Notes: a model not told the origin generated them from the sequence alone. A DNA stretch of 64,000 bases from an uncultured Clostridia bacterium (GCA_944393325.1 CALXZU010000003.1:1497-65496), one strand, 5' to 3'. Numbered from the stretch's first letter, positions 10,765 through 21,207 are shown. A program made the numbers and translations.

Positions 10765-11205
10765 TTAGCGATTTATATATAGCCAAAATAGAGATATTGC
10801 AAGTGTAGCAGTTAAGATACCAGATATTGTAATAGATAATTCTAATTTCTTTGACATTTTTATCTTCTTATTTTCTTTTTTGGCTTTGATTTTATTTTTA
10901 ATAAATATCAAAATACTTATAAAAAAAGTAATAGCAGCAACAAGCAAAACAACAAAAGAGGATTTGACAATATAAATATAGGTGAATGTAGTATCAGGAA
11001 TTGGATCAAAAAAAGCCGAAGGATCTGGACCAATTGCAAATACTTTTTTTGTTGATAATAATCTAAAAACAAATGCAGTAATTCCTAATTTACACCATTT
11101 TTTAGGTATTGATTTTTCTAATTTTTTTGTAGTTAATTCATCAGAAGTAGGATAATTAGTTTTTACATTTTCTTCAATATTTCTTATTTCCATATAAACC
11201 TCCAT
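10765..11205 (-). CDS. Hypothetical membrane protein (three predicted TM segments)
   Basis: 146-aa ORF with hydrophobic stretches, directly downstream of the degraded radical SAM gene. No family recognised. Confidence 0.4.
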   Translation of the reverse strand: MEVYMEIRNIEENVKTNYPTSDELTTKKLEKSIPKKWCKLGITAFVFRLLSTKKVFAIGPDPSAFFDPIPDTTFTYIYIVKSSFVVLLVAAITFFISILIFIKNKIKAKKENKKIKMSKKLELSITISGILTATLAISLFWLYINR

Positions 11206-11217
11206 TAATATAATATT

Positions 11218-11829
11218 TTAAATAATTTTTTTATCTAATATTTGCTTTAAAATATCATAATTTTTATTATAATATTTTTGTATAAATAGTTTAGAATTAT
11301 TTTTATATAATTTTTCTGCTAATTCATCAGATATTTGTTTCATAATTCTTTCAAATTCACATGTTAAAGGTGATAGTTTATTTATATCTTTTGTAGTTAA
11401 ATAATTTTGACATGCACAAGTATGGTTACATCTTTTGTTAATTGAACATTTTTTAAAAGTTTCGTGCTCTTTTTGAGCTCTATCTATTAAATTTTTTCTT
11501 GCCTCAAAGTCAATTCCATTTTTACAATTTCCTATTATATAATCAGAATTTTCTATAAATTGAATACAAGGATAGAAATTTCCGTCAGTACCCACATTAA
11601 TAGATTTCATTGAATTTATATAATCGATAGTAGAAAATATTAAATCTTTTTTTAATAAAGGTTCTCCACCATAAAATGTTATAAAACAAGACTCTTTATT
11701 TTCTTTTATTTCATTGTCAATTAATAGTTTTATGTTTTCAAATGATATTTCTTTATTAGTTATATTTTTTTCATAATAATATTTACATTTTAGATTACAA
11801 TTTTCAGTCAAATGTAGGGTGTAATTCAT
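11218..11829 (-). pseudogene. Radical SAM/SPASM-domain maturase remnant (internal deletion, damaged Cys motif)
   Basis: The N-terminus LTENCNLKCKYYY has Tyr where CxxxCxxC needs its third Cys. FYGGEPLL is present. The TIM-barrel body is missing and the sequence jumps to a SPASM-like C-terminus (GNFYPC...GNC...CSINKRCNHTCAC). It is 203 aa, whereas this family is usually considerably longer. Confidence 0.6.
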
Positions 11830-12030
11830 TTTATATTTCCTTTTTTACAATATTAGTATATTTTTATATTATAATAATAAATTATAAAAGTCAAATTTAA
11901 AAAAATGTATAATATTACAAAACAAGTGGGCAAAATCCTAAATAAAACAAAAAGTCAAAATACCTAATAAATTATTATTAGTTTTATAAATGATAAAAAA
12001 CCTGTTAAAATGAAAGAAATTTAACAAGTT

Positions 12031-12246
12031 CTATTTGTATTTTTCTTTATTATTAGTTAGTTCAGCAATATAATCTAAAGAAGTGTTATAGAATTTAGCC
12101 AAAATAATAGCAAGCTCAAATGGTAGATCTCTTTTTCCTGTTTCGTATAGACTATATTGTTGTTGTTTAATATTTAAAACATTTGCAACATCTTGTTGTT
12201 TTAAATCATTATCTTCTCGTAAATCTTTTAATCTTTTCAAATACAT
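12031..12246 (-). CDS. XRE-family HTH transcriptional regulator
   Basis: 71 aa: LKRLKDLREDNDLKQQDVANVLNIKQQQYSLYETGKRDLP. It is divergent from the pilin-like LamG gene. Confidence 0.8.
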   Translation of the reverse strand: MYLKRLKDLREDNDLKQQDVANVLNIKQQQYSLYETGKRDLPFELAIILAKFYNTSLDYIAELTNNKEKYK

Positions 12247-12293
12247 AAATGAACCTCCAATAAATATATTTTACATACATTCAAATAAATGTA

Positions 12294-12341
12294 TTGACTT
12301 TACAACCATTTAGTTGTAAAATATTTTTGTAAATTACAAAA
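12294..12341. promoter_or_regulatory. Promoter with overlapping operators for the pilin-like LamG gene
   Basis: -35 TTGACT (12294-12299) and -10 TAAAAT (12317-12322) with a 17-nt spacer. Inverted repeat TTTACAAC-N6-GTTGTAAA (12299-12320) fills the spacer. A second inverted repeat TTTTGTAA-A-TTACAAAA lies at 12325-12341. Confidence 0.55.
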
Positions 12342-12352
12342 GAGGTGGTAAA

Positions 12353-13516
12353 ATGTATAAAAAAGAAAATGGAATAACACTTATAGCCCTAGTTATTACA
12401 GTGATTGTTTTATTAATTTTAGCAAGTGTCTCAATTGCTATGCTAACGGGGAGAACCGGAATACTAAATCAAGCAAAAAAAGCAAAAGAGGTAACAGAAA
12501 TAGCAAGTGAGGAAGAATATATAAGATTAATAATTATAGAAGAAGAATTAACAAAAGAAAAAATAGGAGAAGAGTTAAAAGAGGTAAAATTTAATACAGT
12601 AGAAGACACAAAAAGTATAATAGATTCAGAAACAGGAACAACATATGCAAATGGATGGTATTATTTAAAACCAGAAGATGTAACAGATTATGAATTAAAA
12701 AATTCTTATATAATAGACTATGAAACAGGAGAATTTATAAAATTCAATGAAGAAAAACATAGAATAGTAACAAATGAACTACTTTGCATAAAAGATGGAT
12801 TAGTATATTCAGCAGATCCAAAAAACATAACAAATTCTAATTCCTGGGGAGATGCAATACTACATAACTTTAAAGAAGGAGAAGAAAACAGTGGCTGGAC
12901 GGAAAATAGTTTAATGTTCGATGGAATAGATGATGGAATAGAAGTGAAAGATAATTCTGATTATAGTAAAGGAATAACATTAGAGATATATTTTACATTA
13001 AAAGGTAAAGGAAGTTCAAATATAGCACAAATATTAATGATGAAAAGAACTAAGGCAAGTAATGGTTTTTTTCTTTACTTGAATTATGAGAATAGTGAAA
13101 AAGCAACATTAACAATAGACATAGGTGGAAGTGGATGGGGGATTCAAGATGAAGAAGGAAATTGGATAATGAACAATAGATTTACTACAAATACAAATAT
13201 AGAAGAAAATAATATGTATTATATTACATATACATATAATCCTGAGATAAAGAATGATAATGGAGTATTATATATAAATGGAGTAAAAACTCAAACAACC
13301 AATTTAGGAAATATACAAAATTTAATAAATACTCCTGAAAATACGCCAATACAAATAGGATCAGATATATATGAAACTTATAGACCAGAAAATGATACAG
13401 AAAATCGTAAATATTCGTTCTATGGAGAAATATACGCATCAAGAGTATATAATAGACCATTAACAGAAAGTGAAGTTAAGTATAATTATGAGATGACTGT
13501 AAATAATAGTAATTAG
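12353..13516 (+). CDS. Pilin-like N-terminus + LamG/concanavalin-A-like lectin domain protein
   Basis: The N-terminus is MYKKENGITLIALVITVIVLLILASVSIAMLTGRTGILNQAKKAKE. The C-terminal Laminin_G_3-type pattern is MFDGIDDGIEV...FYGEIYASRVYNRPLTESEVKYNYE. It is a close paralog of 27885..29015. Confidence 0.8.
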   Translation: MYKKENGITLIALVITVIVLLILASVSIAMLTGRTGILNQAKKAKEVTEIASEEEYIRLIIIEEELTKEKIGEELKEVKFNTVEDTKSIIDSETGTTYANGWYYLKPEDVTDYELKNSYIIDYETGEFIKFNEEKHRIVTNELLCIKDGLVYSADPKNITNSNSWGDAILHNFKEGEENSGWTENSLMFDGIDDGIEVKDNSDYSKGITLEIYFTLKGKGSSNIAQILMMKRTKASNGFFLYLNYENSEKATLTIDIGGSGWGIQDEEGNWIMNNRFTTNTNIEENNMYYITYTYNPEIKNDNGVLYINGVKTQTTNLGNIQNLINTPENTPIQIGSDIYETYRPENDTENRKYSFYGEIYASRVYNRPLTESEVKYNYEMTVNNSN

Positions 13517-13673
13517 TTTTAAAGGTAGTAATTTTACTATCTTTTTTGCATTACCCCAAAAGTTGGAAATGAAATACACCAAAAACATGAAATGAAATGC
13601 CTCAAAATTATGAAATAAGGTTTTAATAAAAAATAGCAACAATAAAAAGAACTGAAAATAATTCCAGTTCTTC

Positions 13674-14966
13674 TTATATACAAAATACAGCATATAATGG
13701 TACAGATTTAATATTATTTTCTAAACCAAAGTTTTTTTCAGAAATACGTATTGCAGTTTTTTGGTTATATTTTTGCATATAAAGATTTAGACTTTTTGAT
13801 TTTGTATGTTCTTTAGATTTTACCTCAATAGGTATTATTTCTGTTTCTTTTTGAATTAAAAAATCAATTTTGGCTCTTCCATTTGATTCCCAATAATAAG
13901 TTTCATAACCATTTATTCTAAGTTCATTTTCAACATAGTTTTCTGTTAAAGGTCCCATTTCTATCATAAAAAGACCAGTATTTAGATCTACTTGATATAA
14001 CGGATAACCAGCTTTATTTACAAATAACCCAACATCATTCATATATAGTTTAAAAGATGTCAAATCCTTGTACATTTCTATTGGTATTTGAGGGTTAGCC
14101 TTAAATACTTGATGAACTATTCCACTATTTTTAAGCCATAAAATAGCTTCACCGAATATACTAGATGTTCCGCCTTTAGAAATAACCTTGTATTGGAATT
14201 TTTGATTTTCTTTTGCTAATTGTAAAGGAATAGAATCAAATGCAGAAACTATTCTGTTAGATTCATCATTTTTTGCATATCTTGTCATATCATTTTCATA
14301 TGATTCTAAGATTTCTGCTTGAATATCAATTGTTCCAATTACTTTTCTTTCATCTAAATATGTTTGTACTACTTCTGGCATACCACCAACAACTAAATAA
14401 GTTCTATATAATTTTAAACAAAGACAGTGAATATCATTATCCATTTTTTCATTTGAAATATAGTGTTTTTCTATTTCCTTTATTAAATTTTCTTTTCCCA
14501 ATGCTTTTAAAAATTCTTTAAAAGATAATGCATACATATTTATTATTTGTACTTTACCCACTGGAAATGAATAATTCTTGCTATTAATTTTTATTCCAAG
14601 TAAAGAACCAGCAGCTATTATATGATACTGGGGTAGTTCTTCACAAAAATATTTTAAAGAAGTAAGGGCTCTTTCGTTAGCTTGTATTTCATCAAAAAAA
14701 ATTAAAGTTTTTCCTGGTGTAATTTTTTCATTAAAAAATAATTCCAATTTATTAATTATTTCAAGTGGGTTAATATCATCATTTATTTGATTACTAATCT
14801 GTTTATTTTTTTCAAAATTAACATATACTACATTTTCATAATACATATTTCCGAATTTTTTTACTATATAAGTTTTTCCAACTTGTCTTGCACCTTGTAC
14901 AATTAAAGGTTTTCTTTTTTTAGAATTCTTCCATTCAATTAATTTTTTAATAATTTCTCTTTCCAT
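13674..14966 (-). CDS. AAA+ ATPase with DUF4143 C-terminal domain
   Basis: 430 aa with Walker A GARQVGKT and Walker B LIFFDEIQ, and a typical AAA_14/DUF4143 layout. One of three paralogs in the window. Confidence 0.75.
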   Translation of the reverse strand: MEREIIKKLIEWKNSKKRKPLIVQGARQVGKTYIVKKFGNMYYENVVYVNFEKNKQISNQINDDINPLEIINKLELFFNEKITPGKTLIFFDEIQANERALTSLKYFCEELPQYHIIAAGSLLGIKINSKNYSFPVGKVQIINMYALSFKEFLKALGKENLIKEIEKHYISNEKMDNDIHCLCLKLYRTYLVVGGMPEVVQTYLDERKVIGTIDIQAEILESYENDMTRYAKNDESNRIVSAFDSIPLQLAKENQKFQYKVISKGGTSSIFGEAILWLKNSGIVHQVFKANPQIPIEMYKDLTSFKLYMNDVGLFVNKAGYPLYQVDLNTGLFMIEMGPLTENYVENELRINGYETYYWESNGRAKIDFLIQKETEIIPIEVKSKEHTKSKSLNLYMQKYNQKTAIRISEKNFGLENNIKSVPLYAVFCI

Positions 14967-15162
14967 AATTTTCCTCCTATATAGATATTATACCTTTTAT
15001 GTGCAAAAAAGTCAATAAAATTATGATTTTTTTGCACATAACTATTTGAAATTTTAAAATTTTATTTAATATTTGGGGGCTTTAAAACAAAAATAGTAAT
15101 AATGTAGTTGCAAAAAAAAAGAAAAAGACATATAATTTAGCAAAAGAAGAAAGGAAGAATTT

Positions 15163-16557
15163 ATGAAAGATTTAAGTATTAAAAATATATTAGAAGTAAC
15201 AAAAGGAAAATTACTAGTAGGAAACGAAGAAAATATTTGCAAAAGTTATTCAAAAGACACAAGAACAATAAAAGATGGTGATTGCTATATAGGAATAAAA
15301 GGAGAAAATTTTGATGGAAATATATTCTGGGAAAAAGCATTAGAAAATGGTGCATCCACAGTTATTGTACAAAATGTGGAAATAGAAAATGAAAAATTAA
15401 AAAAATGGACAGATAAAAATATAATAAAAGTAGAGAACACATTAGAAGCTCTATATAATATAGCAAGATATAAAAGAAATTTATATAATATACCAGTAAT
15501 TGCAATAACAGGAAGTGTAGGAAAAACAAGTACAAAAGATATAGTAGCAAATGTAGTAGCAAAAAAATATAAAACATTAAAAACAGAAGGAAATAATAAT
15601 AATAATATAGGCTTACCGTTTACAATACTAAGAATGCAAGATGAAGAAGTAGCAGTATTAGAAATGGGAATGAACCATTTTGGAGAAATTAGTTTACTTG
15701 CTTCAATTGCAAACCCAACTATTTGTATAATAACAAATATAGGAACATCACATATAGGAAATTTAGGCTCAAGAGAAAACATATTAAAAGCAAAATTAGA
15801 AATATTAGAAGGAAGCAAAAAACAAGCAGTAATTATAAATAATGATAATGATCTATTACATAAATGGTATGAAGAAAACAAAGAGAACTATAACATAAAA
15901 ACTTACGGGATTAAAGAAAAAAGCAATGTTATGGCAAAAGAAATAAAATTAGAAGAAAATAATAGTACATTTACTTGTAAAATAAATGATGAAGAAGAAA
16001 AAATAAAAGTACCAGTAGGAGGAGAGCACTTTATATTAAATGCTTTATGTGGAATAACAGTAGGAGAAGTATTAGAAATAGAGAAAGACAAAATTAAAGC
16101 AGGAATAGAAAGTTTTGAACTTACTAAAAAAAGAATGGATATAATAGAACTAAAAAATGGTATAAAAATAATAAATGACGCATATAATGCAAGTTTAGAA
16201 TCAATGAAGGCTTCTTTAAAAGTACTATCAGAATATAAAGAAAGAAAAATTGCAGTGTTAGGTGATATGTTTGAATTAGGAGAATTTTCAGAAGAATTAC
16301 ATAAAAAAGTAGGAGAAGAAGTTGTAAAAAATAAAATAGATATATTAATAGCATGTGGAGAGAATGCAACATATATAGCAGATGTGGCAAAAGAAAAAAT
16401 GAATAAAGAAAACATTTATTATTTAGAAAATAAAGAGGAAATAGAACCATTATTAGAAAAAATAGCTAAAAAAGATGACGTTATTTTATTTAAGGCATCA
16501 AATGGAATGGGATTTTATAAAATAGTAGAAAGGTTGGTGGAATCATGGGAAAAATAA
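15163..16557 (+). CDS. murF: UDP-N-acetylmuramoyl-tripeptide--D-alanyl-D-alanine ligase
   Basis: 464 aa with the Mur ligase P-loop ITGSVGKTSTKD and the family motif NDAYNAS. It overlaps the ddl start. Confidence 0.9.
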   Translation: MKDLSIKNILEVTKGKLLVGNEENICKSYSKDTRTIKDGDCYIGIKGENFDGNIFWEKALENGASTVIVQNVEIENEKLKKWTDKNIIKVENTLEALYNIARYKRNLYNIPVIAITGSVGKTSTKDIVANVVAKKYKTLKTEGNNNNNIGLPFTILRMQDEEVAVLEMGMNHFGEISLLASIANPTICIITNIGTSHIGNLGSRENILKAKLEILEGSKKQAVIINNDNDLLHKWYEENKENYNIKTYGIKEKSNVMAKEIKLEENNSTFTCKINDEEEKIKVPVGGEHFILNALCGITVGEVLEIEKDKIKAGIESFELTKKRMDIIELKNGIKIINDAYNASLESMKASLKVLSEYKERKIAVLGDMFELGEFSEELHKKVGEEVVKNKIDILIACGENATYIADVAKEKMNKENIYYLENKEEIEPLLEKIAKKDDVILFKASNGMGFYKIVERLVESWEK

Positions 16558-17597
16558 AAGTAGGAATTATATTTGGAGGAATGTCAACAGAAAACGAGGT
16601 ATCCGTAGTATCTGCGGGCTCAATACTTGAAAATATCGATAGAGAAAAATATGAAGTTTTTCCAATATACATAGACAAAGAAGGAAAATGGTATAAATAT
16701 ATAGAAGACGGAAGAAAAAAAGTGTTAGGGGAAAAGGTTGAAAATATAGTTGAAATAGAAAATATAATAAGTTATATACAAAGATTAGATGTAATATTTC
16801 CGGTATTACATGGACTATATGGAGAAGATGGAACTATACAAGGTCTATTTGAATTATTAAAAATACCATATGTAGGATGTAAAGTATTAGCATCAAGTGT
16901 TGGCATGGATAAAGTTTATACAAAAATAGTATTTGAAAAAGCAGGAATTAATCAGACACCTTATGAATATGTAAGAAAATATAAGAACAAATACATTTAT
17001 GTGGATAAAAATTTTGATGAAAAAATTTTAGATTTAAAAGAAATTGCTAAAAAAATAACAGAAAAATTAGAATTTCCAATGTTTATAAAGCCATCAAATT
17101 CAGGCTCAAGTGTAGGAGTAAAAAAAGCAGAAAATGAAAACGAACTTATAGAAAATATAGAATATGCTTCAAAATTTGATAACAAAATTTTAATAGAACA
17201 AGGTGTAATAGGAAAAGAGGTTGAATGTGCAGTTTTAGGAAATGAAAAAGTAATTGCATCTTGTGTTGGAGAAATAAAAGCAGCAGATGAATTTTATAGC
17301 TATGATGCTAAATATAAAAATGAAGAATCAAAAACAGAAATACCAGCAAATATATCAGAAGAAATATCAGAAGAAATAAGAAAAGAAGCAATAAAAGCAT
17401 TTAAAGCAATAGATGGAAAAGGTTTATCAAGAGTGGACTTTTTTGTAGAGAATAAAACAAATAGAATAATAATAAATGAAATAAATACAATGCCAGGATT
17501 TACTGATATTAGCATGTATCCTAAAATGTTTGCAAAAAGTGGTATTTCATATGAAAAATTAATAACGAATTTAATAGAATTAGCTTTAGAAAAATAG
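16545..17597 (+). CDS. ddl: D-alanine--D-alanine ligase
   Basis: 350 aa with GGMSTENEVSVVSA, HGLYGEDGTIQGLFE and EINTMPGFT motifs. Confidence 0.9.
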   Translation: MGKIKVGIIFGGMSTENEVSVVSAGSILENIDREKYEVFPIYIDKEGKWYKYIEDGRKKVLGEKVENIVEIENIISYIQRLDVIFPVLHGLYGEDGTIQGLFELLKIPYVGCKVLASSVGMDKVYTKIVFEKAGINQTPYEYVRKYKNKYIYVDKNFDEKILDLKEIAKKITEKLEFPMFIKPSNSGSSVGVKKAENENELIENIEYASKFDNKILIEQGVIGKEVECAVLGNEKVIASCVGEIKAADEFYSYDAKYKNEESKTEIPANISEEISEEIRKEAIKAFKAIDGKGLSRVDFFVENKTNRIIINEINTMPGFTDISMYPKMFAKSGISYEKLITNLIELALEK

Positions 17598-17666
17598 GAA
17601 GAGTACTTCCTTTTTTCTTTGTTCTGTGATAATATTCTAATAGAAATGTTTTTAGAGGTGATATAT

Positions 17667-18188
17667 ATGAACGAAGTTATTAAAAATATAAAAGAAAGAA
17701 GAAGTATAAAAAAATATGAAGATAAAATGATACCAAAAGAAATAATAGAAAAAATATTAGAAGCGGGAACATATGCACCAAGCGGAATGGGAAAACAATC
17801 AAGTATAATAATTGCTATTACAAACAAAGAAATAAGAGATAAACTATCTAAATTAAACGCAAAAATAATGGGGATAGAAAAAGATCCATTTTATGGTGCA
17901 CCAGTTGTTTTAGTTGTACTTGGTAAAAAAGACATACCAACTTACATTTATGATGGGAGTTTAGTTATGGAAAACCTAATGCTTACAGCAAATTCACTAG
18001 GAATAGGAAGTTGTTGGATACATAGAGCAAAAGAGGAATTTGAGGCAGAAGAAGGAAAAGAACTATTAAGAAAATTAGGTATAAATCCAGAGGAATATGA
18101 AGGAATAGGAAATTGTATATTAGGTTATAAGAAAGAAGAAGGAAATCTAAAGCCAAGAAAAGAAAATTATATTTACTATATAGATTGA
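17667..18188 (+). CDS. Nitroreductase-family protein
   Basis: ATG after RBS AGAGGTG. IKERRSIKKY and the AGTYAPSGMGKQ pattern fit the family. It ends in TGA, the only convincing TGA stop I saw in the window. Confidence 0.75.
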   Translation: MNEVIKNIKERRSIKKYEDKMIPKEIIEKILEAGTYAPSGMGKQSSIIIAITNKEIRDKLSKLNAKIMGIEKDPFYGAPVVLVVLGKKDIPTYIYDGSLVMENLMLTANSLGIGSCWIHRAKEEFEAEEGKELLRKLGINPEEYEGIGNCILGYKKEEGNLKPRKENYIYYID

Positions 18189-18568
18189 TGGGGATGTGTA
18201 TTTTGCAAGAAAATCAAAGAATAGATAGAATATTAGAAAGTTTATCAAAATCAAATTTTAGAAGCAAGTTTTATTTAAAAGAGAAAGACAAGGAATATGT
18301 AAGAAAAAAAGGAATAGAAACGATAGAAAAACATGCAAGAGATTTTATAGAAAAAAGATTAGCTCCAAAGGAAATGAAAAATGATGGAAGGCAAACGCCT
18401 ATGAAAGGGCATCCTGTGCTTATTGCACAACATGCAACGGCAACTTGCTGTAGAGGTTGTTTAAATAAATGGCATAAAATACCTAAAAATACAGAATTAT
18501 CGGAAGAACAAAAAAATTATATCCTAAAAGTAATTATATCTTGGATAATAAAACAAATGGAAAATTAG
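18185..18568 (+). CDS. DUF4186-family protein
   Basis: 127 aa with the characteristic HATATCCRGCLNKWHKIP segment. Confidence 0.55.
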   Translation: MMGMCILQENQRIDRILESLSKSNFRSKFYLKEKDKEYVRKKGIETIEKHARDFIEKRLAPKEMKNDGRQTPMKGHPVLIAQHATATCCRGCLNKWHKIPKNTELSEEQKNYILKVIISWIIKQMEN

Positions 18569-19370
18569 AAAAAGATTGGGATAAAAAATGAAATGATTTT
18601 TTTATTAGCTGAAAGTTAGTATTATCAAGAGTCGAGTGAATTTTAAATTACTAAAAACTACATTGTTATATCAATGCTTGCAGAGGTTTTGAACCACTTG
18701 AAATCCTTAAACCGTTGCAAACACTAAGGCTAAATGCTATCGAAAATTAATTTTATTTTTTTATCCTGAATTAAATTTGCTTTTCATTTCTCTTATTTAC
18801 TATTATTATTTTACCAATAATTTATACATTTATAATATAAAAAAATAATTACCAATGCCTTATTTGCAATTAAAAAGCAATAAAAAGTATAGAAATTCCT
18901 ATACTTTTATTACTAGATTTATTTAGATATCTTTTTATCAAATATCACATTCAACAACTGTTACATTTGAAGTTGATTTAAATGAATTTTTCATTCCTTT
19001 AGGTATATATACTGTTACTTTTGCATTAACTCCTTTACAAAATTGCACAGCATTGTTTAATTTTTTTTATACTATTTTTATCTGACTATTACTTAAACCA
19101 GTATAATTTATAAAACATGCTTGTATGCTTTCAATTTGTGTTTGATTAATAAATAAATTTTCTGGAATATCTCCTGTAATTCCATTTAACATTTCTAAAG
19201 CTGCCATAAGTATTATTTCCATATCCGTTACTACTACTACTAAAGAAAAATATTTCCGAATCTGAAATATTACTGCAAAAATGCCATCTATGTATGAAAA
19301 ATGCATTCCTTATTGGCTTTTTTTCCAATTTTTCTAAAAAAGGAGTCAATGGTCAAGGAAAATCAAAGTG

Positions 19371-21207
19371 CTACTCGACTACTAACACGCTGCGGAAACC
19401 GTAAACGGTGGTCCGCATGCCCAACATTGTCACCCAAGCCACACAAACCGATACCAGCCGTAATATCCCAAGCCCCACCTCGAGGGAAGAAGGGTTCTTC
19501 TGAAGCTCCGTCTTCTTCTAATGTTTGACCAAACCATGCTTTTCCTGAACCTATTCCACTAGATGTTTCCCATATTGCATCTCCAAAAATCTTATCCCAT
19601 CCTGTTCCATTATATCCTGATTCAAAATCTTTATTATCTGTTGTTATTGGATTATATGGATATGCTGTTGATAAATAATTAGATGTTCCTGTTGCAAAGC
19701 TATTTCCATACCTTGTTAAAGCACTTACTCCACTATTTTCATATGCTGTTGTATAATCTACTAGACAGCCTCCCATATCATATACTCCATATATATTTCC
19801 TGTTGTACTAGATATAGTTCCATTTCCTTCATCAGAACTACTATTACAATTATTCCATGCATATGATGTTCCATTTGTTCCTACAACTGCATCAGTTAAG
19901 CTACTTTCTCCTGTATATGCCATTACATTTTGACTTGCTTTTCCTGTTGTTGCTGAATATCCTGTTATTGCTGTTATTTTTTCTGTATTATTAGGATTTG
20001 TTACTGGGCTTGATGATAGATTATTATAATCTACTATACTTAAATTATTTTTTGCCTTTTCTTTTTCACTTGTTCCTTCTGAATATCCATACTTACTAAT
20101 TGATAAATATGCTGTTGCTCCCCATTCACTGTTTTTCATTAAATGACTATTTGATAAACTATTTAATCCATATGGATTTCCATTATCATCTAAACTTTGT
20201 GATATATCATAACATTGTGATACTGTTACATAGTTATATCCAAATTTTCTTCCCTTAAATATTGGATAATATAAATTATTTGCTGTATTACTACTTGATA
20301 CTTTTGCACTTGTATCATTTTCTGTTGTCTTTATTCCTGCATCAAATTTTGCTACCCATATTCCTTCTATTTCTTGTCTCCATTCTCCATTATCAAAACT
20401 ATCATATTTGTTTCCATCTGTAAATGCCGGATGCACTACATAGTCTGTATATCCACTATCTGTTATTACTCCTTCTTCATTTCCATTTTTTACTTGGGTT
20501 ATATTTCCTTCTTCATCTGAATATGCATAGCTTGTCCCTGCTACAAATTTTACATCTATTGCTCCACTTGACTGATGATATCCTTCTGTTATTTTATATG
20601 CATATCTTGGTATCCATACAAACATACTTCCTAAATCTTTTTCTGCTACTTCTGTTCCTATAGCTGTATTTTCATCATATGTTCCATCACATAACATTAC
20701 ATTTGCCCATTTCTTATCTTCAGTTGTATAACTATACCATTCAGGGTCATCTTCACTACATATTACCCAGTTTCCACTTTCTACATTATATTTTACTGGT
20801 ATCATTCCTTTTACTAGTTTTGGTGCATTTGCTTTTGTTTCTCCACCTTCCCAATATATTACATTTCCATTTTCTTCTACTAAATATTTATTTCCTTTAT
20901 ATTCCACTACTACTTCATTTCCTAATGATGTTGAATTTGCACCATTTAAATTTTTAGATATATTATCAATTAACCTATCTACATTTATTTTTCCGTCTGT
21001 ATCAATTGCTCCTAATGCTTCTAATTGTACTTCTTCTAATGTTGAAGCTTTTTCTGTTTCATCTTTAGCATTTTGTGCTTGTGTTAATATTCCATTTTCT
21101 CCTGTTAGCATTGCTATACTTACTCCCGCTAAAATTAATAAAACAATTATAGTAATAACAAGTGCAATTAGAGTAATACCTTTGGTTGATTTTAAAACAT
21201 TATTCAT
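19371..21207 (-). CDS. Pilin-like N-terminus + FGE-sulfatase/C-type-lectin-like domain protein; needs +1 shift at in-frame CGG (19401-19399)
   Basis: The N-terminus is MNNVLKSTKGITLIALVITIIVLLILAGVSIAMLTGENGILTQA. The body has MFVWIPRYAYKI, HPAFT, GIWVAKFDAG, NSEWGATAYL and GVYDMGG motifs. Frame 0 ends ...HRLRFPQRVSSRVAL. A +1 shift at TTA CGG T gives ...RGGAWDITAGIGLCGLGDNVGHADHRLGFRSVLVVE with a TAG stop at 19373-19371. That matches the paralog ending ...HGFRCSLIVE at 37171. Confidence 0.75.

Noticed and set aside
12447-12459. A possible seventeenth CGG site in the LamG gene at 12353 (ACGGGGAGAACCGGA).
   Set aside because: Both CGG trinucleotides there straddle codon boundaries (ACG GGG, ACC GGA), and the ORF is continuous, encoding LTGRTGIL.
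18186-18188. Genome-wide UGA reassignment, prompted by the in-frame TGA in hicB.
   Set aside because: TGA appears to terminate the nitroreductase gene normally. The hicB case is a single site one mutation away from Cys. No other conserved gene here contains an in-frame TGA.
18600-19370. A search for a DGR template repeat, Avd or reverse transcriptase immediately downstream of the VR-like segment.
   Set aside because: The region holds only AT-rich non-coding sequence and a degraded gene remnant (fragments ...MAALEMLNGITGDIPENLFINQTQIESIQACFINYTGLSNSQIKIV, then TAA, then KKLNNAVQFCKGVNAKVTVYIPKG...). That remnant includes an in-frame CGG at about 19255 whose +1 frame stops after 5 codons. There is no RT motif and no repeat of the VR sequence.
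19301-19528. The plus-strand 75-aa ORF overlapping the GC-rich end of the FGE-like gene.
   Set aside because: It is antisense to a well-supported CDS and is open only because the segment is GC-shifted. It has no RBS and its product is Pro/Ser/Lys-rich.
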